In this document: positions 48,980-58,100 of the stretch, in pieces
Position numbering within the stretch: position 1 is the first letter of the stretch
How the letters are laid out: every line of letters begins with the position of its first letter
DNA from: Alphaproteobacteria bacterium
GTDB lineage: Bacteria; Pseudomonadota; Alphaproteobacteria; 16-39-46; JABJFC01
DNA: 64,000 nt
Reading direction: 5' to 3'
Assembly (NCBI GenBank): GCA_018662925.1
Contig: JABJFC010000086.1
Location: 50 to 64,049, forward strand
Program-made: the position numbers and the translations under genes
Notes under the pieces: generated by a model
Seen by the model: only the letters and a program-made list of their open reading frames with translations
What the model was told of the DNA's origin: nothing
The model's database searches: none

Positions 48980-50970
48980 CTGAAAAATTATTCTCATTTA
49001 CCTTTTATCTCACTGTTCTAATGCTCATTTTGGGCTTGCCAATTGACACGTGGTGGAAGTTCTCTGTCCTTGCCACGGGCCTTTCCGCAGCCCTGATATT
49101 TGGGCTTCATCTATCACAAAAGAAAATCCTGTACGCATTAGGAATCTTGATGTTGCTCACTATGGGAAAGTGGGCTCTTCCCATAAGCTATCTGGATCAA
49201 GGAGGCAACGTCTACATTCCAGAAGCACCTTTTGCTAAGTCACTTCCCCAAGCAGTTGAGGAATTTTCGACTCAAGAATTTCAGAGGCTCTACCCAACAC
49301 ACAACATTTCATCAGATGGATGGACCGATGCTTTTCTCGTTGAAAAATTCCATAAAGATTCGCCCTTGTCTCGCCGTATTCAATCTATTGATTTTTCCAA
49401 TCGGCATGAGCTTCGCTTTGGCGCTTTCAATAAGAATATTTACAATACCTACCATGATATGATTCCAAAACGGGAATTCCTCCCCTACGTCTTGCATATT
49501 CAACTCCCAAAAAACCTTGCCCAAAGCCCCAGTACAAAAATCTGCTGGAAAGGAATTCTCTACCTCCCCACGAAAGATGGAAACCTTGAACAAACGACGT
49601 CCTTGGAAAACAAATGCATTTCGACTCACAATCCTCAGATAACATCCTTCTATGCCGTAGATATTGATCCAGAAACTCCTCTTGCGCTCCACATTCAAAA
49701 GCCCTTCTCCCATGCCATATGGGATTGGGCTGAGTTGGCTTTGATCATTCTCGCTACTTGCGTCCTGTGTGGGATCCTCATACCAATTGGAACCCCTCTA
49801 CACTCTCTCCGATCAGACACCAATTATCGTCGAAAAACGATCATTTTGGGACTTTCTTTTCTACTTTCCATAGGCGTAGCCTTTCTCTATCGACCCCTTT
49901 TTCAAACAGGTTTTCTCCTCTTAGAGGGAGGAAATGACGGACTTAGCTATTCTACTGCAGCGCGCTATATCCTAGAGTCACTCTATACCTTCCATTGGCA
50001 GGGAGTGTTCCAGGGATCCGAAAACATATATGATCTCATGCCCTGGCATCGTTATTTCTACGCTTTAAATCTTTACCTATTTGGCGAAACACACTTGGGT
50101 TACTTTCTTATTATCTGTTTCTTTCCATTTGTCATTTTCGGACTTTTGGAGAAGATACTCTCCCCCAAATGGAGCTTTTGGCTTACCTTAGCCTTTCTAA
50201 TCGCCCCGATTTTCGAATCCTTTGGGTTTGCCCAATTCTATATGGTTCGACTCTGTATGCGTGGATTTTCAGAACCCCTTAGCTATTTTTTCTTCCTAAG
50301 CGCAGTCTCTTTGAGCCTTCCCCTCTTAAAAAAGCTCCCAGAAAAAGATATACTTTCCCCGTTGTTTTTTACTGGACTCCTCTTTGCTTTCTCCGTTGGA
50401 ATTCGCCCCAATCTTGCCGTTGGTGCCGGTGTATATATATCTCTTCTGGGACTAATTTTACTTTTGAAACAAAGGGTTGCAGATATCTTAAGCCTAGCCG
50501 CAGGATTTAGCCCCATTCTCTTGATCCCAATTCACAATTATGTCTTTGGCAATCAACTCGTGCTATTTACCATTGCCGCACAGAAGGTAGAAAATTTAGC
50601 CATACAGCCCAAAGATTATATAACCCTCATTAAAGTACTCATGGATGGCCATTGGCCTGGACAAGAGTTGTTTAAAATATGGCATCACCTAACAAGTGAG
50701 GTTCCCTTCTCCCGTTTTTGGCTCTATTTTGCCCTCTTGATAAATGGATATATTTTGTTTTGGAAACGTATGCCCTATTACGCAAAAGTTATCAGCGCGA
50801 GTGGACTCGCTCAATTTGCCATAACCTTTTTTTACCGGACAAATGGACGGTATAGCTATCTCCATTGGACACTTTTGTTATTAGGAATTTTTCTGTTTGT
50901 GAAGGAAGTGAAGCTTCATCATCGGTTTGACTGGCGCCGAAAGTCCAAAAAAGTCTCAGCGCGTCTTTAA
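48976..50970 (+). CDS. large polytopic membrane protein, putative GT-C-type lipid-linked sugar transferase or polymerase
   Basis: 664 aa; more than 12 hydrophobic helices with an approximately 170-aa hydrophilic loop; start overlaps the wecB stop (ATGA); no clear family motif. Confidence 0.35.
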   Translation: MTEKLFSFTFYLTVLMLILGLPIDTWWKFSVLATGLSAALIFGLHLSQKKILYALGILMLLTMGKWALPISYLDQGGNVYIPEAPFAKSLPQAVEEFSTQEFQRLYPTHNISSDGWTDAFLVEKFHKDSPLSRRIQSIDFSNRHELRFGAFNKNIYNTYHDMIPKREFLPYVLHIQLPKNLAQSPSTKICWKGILYLPTKDGNLEQTTSLENKCISTHNPQITSFYAVDIDPETPLALHIQKPFSHAIWDWAELALIILATCVLCGILIPIGTPLHSLRSDTNYRRKTIILGLSFLLSIGVAFLYRPLFQTGFLLLEGGNDGLSYSTAARYILESLYTFHWQGVFQGSENIYDLMPWHRYFYALNLYLFGETHLGYFLIICFFPFVIFGLLEKILSPKWSFWLTLAFLIAPIFESFGFAQFYMVRLCMRGFSEPLSYFFFLSAVSLSLPLLKKLPEKDILSPLFFTGLLFAFSVGIRPNLAVGAGVYISLLGLILLLKQRVADILSLAAGFSPILLIPIHNYVFGNQLVLFTIAAQKVENLAIQPKDYITLIKVLMDGHWPGQELFKIWHHLTSEVPFSRFWLYFALLINGYILFWKRMPYYAKVISASGLAQFAITFFYRTNGRYSYLHWTLLLLGIFLFVKEVKLHHRFDWRRKSKKVSARL

Positions 50971-52200
50971 AACCAAACAATCGTGATGATTCGAGGTTAA
51001 AATTTTACAAGCCCTATTTGCGCGTTCTTGATGCAGACCAACCAATCGCGCTCGATATAATGTTCCTTTCTTTCCTTTCAAAGTGGTCACATATATTTGG
51101 GACTCTTTCAAATGTGTATTGTAGCTTTTCAACATTTTTTTTGCCTGACCTTTGGCAGCAGAATGCTTCGAATAAACTCCCACTTGTACAGCCCAATTTC
51201 GAGAACCAGTGCTCTCCGCTGCATGGGCCGTTGATATGATGCTAGGCAATTTAAAGGAAGAAGCCTCCCTTGGCTTTAAGCGTGGAGACGGTAAATTCTG
51301 TACAGAGGCTATACGATAAGGATCAGAGTGAGGTTTTTTCTTGAATCCTAACTTAAACAAATTTCTGATTTTTTTATCCCGTGCCGATTTCGTGTGCTCC
51401 CCCATAACCACGACAATAAGCCTCGTATCTCCTCTTAAAGCAGATGCAGCAAGATTAAAACCTGCGGCATTGGTAAAACCTGTTTTAATGCCATCTAGTC
51501 CTTGAATCTTTCCCAAGAGCCTGTTGTGATTTTTATGATGAGTACCTTTATACTTGAAGGCACGGGTCGCAAACCATTTGTAATAGTTGGGATGAGTGTG
51601 AATCAGTGACTTTGAAAGACGTGCCATATCTCTTGCTGTAGACTTTTGCCGCGAATTGGGAAGTCCAGATGCATTCCTGTAGTTGGTTCGATTCATCCCC
51701 AGTTGCCGAGCCTTATGATTCATCATCATGGCAAACTTTCCTTCAGTTTTCCCCAAATGCTCAGCAATTACGACAGCCACATCATTGGCAGATTTTGTAA
51801 TGAGTCCCATGACGGCATCACGAACTGAAAGACTGCTACCTACCCTGAGACCAAATTTAGAAGGTGGACGATTTGCAGCATATCTAGACACTTTTAATTT
51901 GGTGTTTAGTGATAATTTTCCAGCTTTAAGGGCATCGAATACAAGATAGAGAGTCATCATCTTAGTCATGGAGGCCGGGTGGCGTTGAAGATCTGATCTC
52001 TGCTGATGAATAACGCGTCCTGATCTAGCGTCCATGACAATAGATGCCGAAGGCAGGTTCGCCAAGACATTTTGTGGAAGCACTGCAAAAAGCATACCAA
52101 CACATAAAAATGAACAAATAAGATTCTTAACCAGTCTTCCCCCCATCGAAAACACCCTACCCCTGTCAGTTTTTCGAGTATATACAAATAAAGTGGTCAA
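50956..52200 (-). CDS. D-alanyl-D-alanine carboxypeptidase (S11, PBP5-like) with C-terminal SPOR domain
   Basis: SxxK (ASMTKMMT), SxN (KSANDVA) and KTG (IKTGFT) motifs; C-terminal SPOR-like WAVQVGVYS...LYRARLVGL. Confidence 0.8.
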   Translation of the reverse strand: MTTLFVYTRKTDRGRVFSMGGRLVKNLICSFLCVGMLFAVLPQNVLANLPSASIVMDARSGRVIHQQRSDLQRHPASMTKMMTLYLVFDALKAGKLSLNTKLKVSRYAANRPPSKFGLRVGSSLSVRDAVMGLITKSANDVAVVIAEHLGKTEGKFAMMMNHKARQLGMNRTNYRNASGLPNSRQKSTARDMARLSKSLIHTHPNYYKWFATRAFKYKGTHHKNHNRLLGKIQGLDGIKTGFTNAAGFNLAASALRGDTRLIVVVMGEHTKSARDKKIRNLFKLGFKKKPHSDPYRIASVQNLPSPRLKPREASSFKLPSIISTAHAAESTGSRNWAVQVGVYSKHSAAKGQAKKMLKSYNTHLKESQIYVTTLKGKKGTLYRARLVGLHQERANRACKILTSNHHDCLVLKTR

Positions 52201-52333
52201 TTTCTTATTATCCTTAACCTACATGATACCAAAAAATAAGCATTTTGTCACGAATCAGTCACCTATTCTGATATCCTAAAATCTACAAAAAAATCAATAC
52301 GAATTGCCAGATATTGGCATAAAAACTGTTTAA

Positions 52334-53242
52334 TCAAGCTAACCCTTCAAAAATAGAGTCATTTTTCATGGCCAACTGAAGCTTATGAAAAGCTCCAACT
52401 TCAATTTGACGAACACGTTCTCGAGATACACCCAACTTTTTAGACAAGATCTCTAAGGTTTCTGGTGGATCCTTAAGACGTCGACACTTTAACACCTCAG
52501 ATTCCCTCGGTGTTAGTCCCTCAAGTGCACGAGTTAAAAGGGCATATCGCTTTTGGTGCTCATCTTCATGAAGCAATTTTGTTTCTTGGTTTTCCCTCTC
52601 GTCTACGAGCCAATCTTGCCACTCCTCCGTGCCATCTTCTCCATGGCTTTTTATGGGAACATTTAGAGACACGTCTGGCTGCAAAAGTCGTCGATTCATG
52701 CCTAAGACTTCTTCTTCTCTAATACCCATATTTTTAGCAATTTTCTTAGCTTCTGCAGGCGTTAAATCCCCCTCATCTGCCGCTTTGATCTCCCGCTTTA
52801 GGCGTTTAAGACTAAAAAAGAGACGTTTTTGACTGCTTGAACTGCTTACTTTGACCAAAGACCATGATTTTAGGATATATTCCTGGATAGTAGCTCGAAT
52901 CCACCATACGGCATATGTTGAGAGGCGGAATCCTTTTTCAGGCGCAAATCGTTTGACGGCATGCATCAAGCCAATATTACCCTCAGCGATCATTTCTCCC
53001 ATGGGCAGACCATACCCCCGATAACCTCCAGCAATTTTGGCCACAAGCCTCAAATGACTTGTGACAAGCTCGTGGGCTGCTTTCTTGTCCTGATGTTCAA
53101 TCCAGCGCCTAGCAAGAGTATACTCTTCATCACGCTCTAACATGGGGAATTTCTTAATTTCCCGCAGATAATGTGATAACGAGCCTTCACTGGCTACACT
53201 GGGAACTTCAAACGATTTATCCATGACCCGAACTCTATACAA
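52334..53242 (-). CDS. rpoH: RNA polymerase sigma-32 factor RpoH
   Basis: 302 aa; sigma-70 regions 2 and 4; RpoH box QKRLFFSLKRLK. Confidence 0.85.
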   Translation of the reverse strand: MYRVRVMDKSFEVPSVASEGSLSHYLREIKKFPMLERDEEYTLARRWIEHQDKKAAHELVTSHLRLVAKIAGGYRGYGLPMGEMIAEGNIGLMHAVKRFAPEKGFRLSTYAVWWIRATIQEYILKSWSLVKVSSSSSQKRLFFSLKRLKREIKAADEGDLTPAEAKKIAKNMGIREEEVLGMNRRLLQPDVSLNVPIKSHGEDGTEEWQDWLVDERENQETKLLHEDEHQKRYALLTRALEGLTPRESEVLKCRRLKDPPETLEILSKKLGVSRERVRQIEVGAFHKLQLAMKNDSIFEGLA

Positions 53243-53268
53243 AACTATTCTCTAAGTATAGGAAAACT

Positions 53269-53565
53269 TCAGTGCTTAAGGCCTTTCAAAAAGATCCTTT
53301 TCACATCGGAGAAGTTACTTTGATCAATGATTATAATGGATTGTTGCCCATCTGTTTTCTCGCTCACCCGCAAGAAAATCTTTTTATCAGAAGTCTGCAT
53401 CTCTAAAATGTGGCTTTCTTCGGGCAAAAGCACAACTGTTTCTTTAGCTTCAGAGGTGTCAATTGTCGAGACTTCTAACTTTTTGTAGAGTAATATCCCA
53501 AGACCAGTCGTTCCAAAGAGAATAAGGATCCCCATGCCTATGACTAAAAGTTTTAACGCCTTCAC
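53269..53565 (-). CDS. small membrane-anchored hypothetical protein
   Basis: 98 aa; single N-terminal TM. Confidence 0.3.
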   Translation of the reverse strand: MKALKLLVIGMGILILFGTTGLGILLYKKLEVSTIDTSEAKETVVLLPEESHILEMQTSDKKIFLRVSEKTDGQQSIIIIDQSNFSDVKRIFLKGLKH

Positions 53566-53580
53566 TATTGAGTCTCCTTA

Positions 53581-54567
53581 ATGGCCACTGCCGACATTCG
53601 TACCTACATCATTCCCGAAGAGTTTGCGGGTAAGAGGCTGGATCAAGTCTTAGCAAAAGCTTGGCCTGATCTATCTCGCACACGCCTAAAGGCCCTCATA
53701 CTGGCTGGACAACTTCAGAAAGACAAAGGCATCATAGGGGACCCATCCCATAGGGTCAAATGCAGAGAACATTTTGAAATTCATATTCCACCACCTGAAG
53801 ATCCTATTCCCAAGCCAGAAGCCATTGAACTTGATGTGATATTTGAAGATGACCAACTTCTTGTCATAAACAAACCCGCTGGTTTAGTGGTTCATCCCGC
53901 CCCAGGCAACCCCAATCGGACCCTTGTCAATGCTCTTCTAGCCCATTGTGGCGACTCTCTCTCAGGCATCTCAGGCGTCAAACGCCCCGGTATCGTTCAT
54001 CGACTGGATAAAGAAACAAGTGGCCTAATGGTGGTTGCTAAAACAAACGAAGCTCACCACTTCCTTTCTGCCCAATTTGCCAACCGAGAACTTAGTCGCA
54101 CGTACCAAGCCCTTGCCTGGGGCATCCCAAGAACCCTCAAAGGGACCGTGGAAGGCAATATTGGGCGTCATCCTCGAAACCGAAAAAAAATGACCGTTCT
54201 GACACGAAGTGGTAAATCCGCCATAACCCATTATAAAACGACCAAAAAACTTGGGCAATTGGCCTGTCTAATAGAGTGTAAACTGGAAACAGGCCGCACC
54301 CATCAGATTCGTGTCCATCTATCCCATATAGGTCATCCGATCATTGGCGATCCTCTCTATGGCAAGCGACCCCAAACTTCTCCTGTCACTAAATTGCTGC
54401 TAGCTATAGACTGGCCAAAAGACCGCCAAGCCTTGCATGCCACGCACCTTAAGTTTATCCATCCAACAACCAAAGAAGAAGTGGCATTTTCCTGTCCTCT
54501 GCCCAAAGATATGGAAAACTTACTCAAAGAACTATCCTGCATTTCAGATGAGAAAAAAAGCCGCTAA
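53581..54567 (+). CDS. rluD: 23S rRNA pseudouridine synthase RluD (RluA family)
   Basis: 328 aa; S4 domain then catalytic HRLDKETSG motif. Confidence 0.8.
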   Translation: MATADIRTYIIPEEFAGKRLDQVLAKAWPDLSRTRLKALILAGQLQKDKGIIGDPSHRVKCREHFEIHIPPPEDPIPKPEAIELDVIFEDDQLLVINKPAGLVVHPAPGNPNRTLVNALLAHCGDSLSGISGVKRPGIVHRLDKETSGLMVVAKTNEAHHFLSAQFANRELSRTYQALAWGIPRTLKGTVEGNIGRHPRNRKKMTVLTRSGKSAITHYKTTKKLGQLACLIECKLETGRTHQIRVHLSHIGHPIIGDPLYGKRPQTSPVTKLLLAIDWPKDRQALHATHLKFIHPTTKEEVAFSCPLPKDMENLLKELSCISDEKKSR

Positions 54568-54726
54568 ACCCTATGGTAAACGTTTTTCAGTAGGTCATCA
54601 TTAAAATTTGACACAAACAATGGCCACATAAATGGCAGCATAACGGCAACATATGATATACTGAGATTTTGGGGAACTGGCCTCAGAGCCAGTGTTACAG
54701 GATAGATTTTATATGGAGGGATTAAA

Positions 54727-54942
54727 ATGTTGTACAAAAGCTTATTAACAGTCGCATCACTCATGATTTTGGGTGCTTTTTGGCCTTCAAGTGGAGCTAT
54801 GGCTTACGAGAAAAAAGAAGATTTAACTTCACTCGATAAATACATGTTAAAATCGGCAGCGGAAATGGGAATGGGAATGAAGGGAGAGGGAATGGAAGTA
54901 GGAGAGGAAATGGAATCGTCTGAATCTTCCGCAGAAGAATGA
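54727..54942 (+). CDS. small secreted Met/Gly/Glu-rich peptide
   Basis: 71 aa; signal peptide ending AMA; mature region contains MGMGMKGEGMEVGEEME (M-x-M motifs) and an acidic tail. Confidence 0.35.
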   Translation: MLYKSLLTVASLMILGAFWPSSGAMAYEKKEDLTSLDKYMLKSAAEMGMGMKGEGMEVGEEMESSESSAEE

Positions 54943-55151
54943 GAATTCCATCTTGACTCCTAAGGAAGGATTCTAGGATCGTAAGTGGCCAATTGGGCCA
55001 TGACGGTGTGATTTCGTGACAAACGCGAGTTACGCGTGCAGTAGATAAAGCAAAAAAATTGCCCAATCCTGCGCAGTCCGAGTAATTCTTCAAAATTTAA
55101 ACAACAAAATGTTGCATTTAAACTAGTAATCTTCCCAGAAATCTCCTAAAA

Positions 55152-58100
55152 TTGGAGTGTAGAAAAGCGCATAAACTCACAGGGAAAAAAATGATTTCTA
55201 CAGTAAAAAAGTCACCGCTAGATGAAGTTGCTTTGTTGCTTCCCAAGAAAAGTGGAAAAAAACAAAAGTCCCTGGTGGATTTTATGTACCAGTTATTAGA
55301 AAATACCAGTCATGGTGATTTAGAGCAATTAGGCACAAAAACCCTGGCATCGTTAGCCGATGATTTTTATCACTTTGCTCAACAACGAAAAGCAGGAGAA
55401 GAAAAAGTTAAGGCCTTTATTCCTGATGCCAAGAGGTTCCCTAATTTAGCTAACAGTACTGTTATTGAAGTCGTCCATGATGACATGCCTTTTCTCGTAG
55501 ATTCTTTGACCAGTGAGCTGCAAAGGCATGATCTTACGATCCGACTCACCATCCACCCCGTCATAAAAATCGAGAGAACCGCTGGGGGAGCAGTCCAAAA
55601 AATTCTAGATCGCAGAAATGCTTTAGAAAAAGATCATTTCGAATCTTGCATCGTTATTGTATTGGCCGAAACTCTTTCCAATAAAAAATTAGACGACATT
55701 AAATCAAATATTGTGAAGGTTCTTAAAGATGTTCAGAAAAGCGTCCGAGACTGGGCCGCCATGCGCTCTCGTGTTCTAGAAGCCGAATATATGGTTGAAC
55801 AGAATGCCCTACTGAATTCAGATAAGGATAGAGACGAAGTGGTCGAATTTCTACGCTGGCTGAGCAATGACCATTTTACGTTTCTGGGCTATCGCGACTA
55901 CACTTTTTCAAAAGCTAAAGCAGATCCAGATCTTATCTCAAGTTTGGGTTTCTTATCTGACACTCATCGTAGACTCTTCAAAGGCAATAGCGACTTTCTG
56001 AGCCCTCAATGCCAAATAGGAAAAAAGTGCACTCTCTCAGATGTTTTGATGATTACTAAAACCATCTGTCGTTCTACCGTTCACCGAAACGCCCCCATGG
56101 ACGTTATCCGACTTAAAAAATTCGATGAAAGTGGAAATGTTATTGGTGAAATCCAGTTCGTTGGACTATTTACCTCAACAGCTTACAATAGAAGTCCGAG
56201 AGACATTCCGCTCTTGCGACGTAAGGTACGTCAAGTCCTGAAGAAATCAAGTTTCTCCCCCCAATGGCACGATGGAAAAGCGTTAATACATATCTTGGAA
56301 TCCTTGCCCCGGGATGAACTTTTTCAGATGACCAACGAGAATTTGTACGAAGTAAGCATAGCTATTCTTCACTTGCAAGAGCGACAACGCCTCTCCCTTT
56401 TTGTGAGAGAAGACCCCTTTGAGCATTTTATTTCCTGTCTCATTTATGTCCCTCAAGACCGCTATAACTCCGAACTTAGAGAGAAAATGCAGGAAATTCT
56501 CGAGGCGGCTTTCCAAGGTCCCATTAGCTTTTGGCAGTCCCAACTGGGAGATCTCCCTTATGCACGCGTACACTTCATTATTACACTCTCGCCGGGAGCT
56601 CTCCCTAAGTACGATACAAAAGAACTTGAACAAAAACTATTTCAAGCTTCCCTGTCCTGGAAAGATCTCCTAAAAGAGCAGTTTATTGAAACATTTAGCG
56701 CTGGAACTGGTCGTGAATATTTTCGACACTTTGCCAAAGCGTTTCCAGTTCCATATCAATCTAGATATGGAGCACAAACTGCTACAGAAGATGCTTTACG
56801 GATTGACGAAATCTCTGCAGATGCCCCTCTCTCGATAAAATTAGTCAGCCCCAGTGAAGCCACTAAACCAGAACTTCATGCTAAGCTATATCATCATGAT
56901 CAGGCCTTACCACTAGCCGCAGTCCTACCTCTTTTTGAGAGTATGGGGCTCAAAGTTCTGAATGAGACTTCTTTTAAGATACTGCCCAAAGAAAGATTAT
57001 CCCCCGTCTGGATTCACGACTTTGAAATTTCTCTAGAGAGACTTGAACTCAAAGACACTCTAAAGGTTAGTGCCCTTTTTGAAGACTGTTTTCTTAAAAT
57101 ACATCAAGGAGTTGTCGAAAATGACCAGTTCAATGCTCTGGTTTTTAAAAGTGAATCGCCCTGGCATAATATCGTCATCTTGCGAGCGTATGCCAAATAC
57201 TTGCGCCAATTAGGGGTTCCTTATAGTCAAAGCTACATTGAAGAAGCGCTTATTCATCAACCTAACATCGTAAAAAAACTGGTTGATCTCTTTTATCTCC
57301 GATTTGACCCTGAAATGCAGAAGATCAAAACGAGAGAATCTAAAGAAAAAAATCTTGTTTCGTCCATAACGAAAGCGCTCGATGAGGTCAAAAGTCTTGA
57401 TGAAGACCGGATTTTAAGAAGCTACCTGAACCTTATTACATCAACACTTCGTACAAATTATTTCCAGCGAAAAATAGAAGAACAAAAAGAGAATGTCCTT
57501 TCATTCAAAATTCATGCAGCCAAAATTTTTGACATGCCAGAACCACGCCCAGAATACGAAATCTTTATGTACTCCCCACGAATGGAAGCTGTCCATTTAC
57601 GGGGTGGCAAAATTGCCCGAGGAGGCATCCGCTGGTCAGATCGTCGTGAAGACTTCAGAACCGAAATCTTGGGGCTCATGAAAGCCCAGATGGTTAAAAA
57701 TACAGTTATCGTGCCCACGGGTGCTAAGGGCGGCTTTATCGTAAAAACGACCAAAAATGGGAAAACACGAGACGAATTTCTCCAGGAAGGGATCGCCTGT
57801 TATCAACAGATGATTCGAGGAATCCTAGATATCACTGATAACATTAAGAGTGGCAAAGCGGTCCCTCCCCAAAAAGTAGTGATATATGATGAAGATGATC
57901 CGTATCTTGTGGTCGCGGCAGACAAAGGAACTGCTACTTTCTCTGACATAGCCAACGAAATTTCTGCCGAATATAACTTCTGGCTCGGGGATGCTTTTGC
58001 TTCTGGCGGAACTTCTGGATACGATCATAAAAATATGGGGATAACAGCCCGGGGAGCGTGGGAGTCGGTCAAGCGCCATTTTCAAGAATTGAATACCAAT

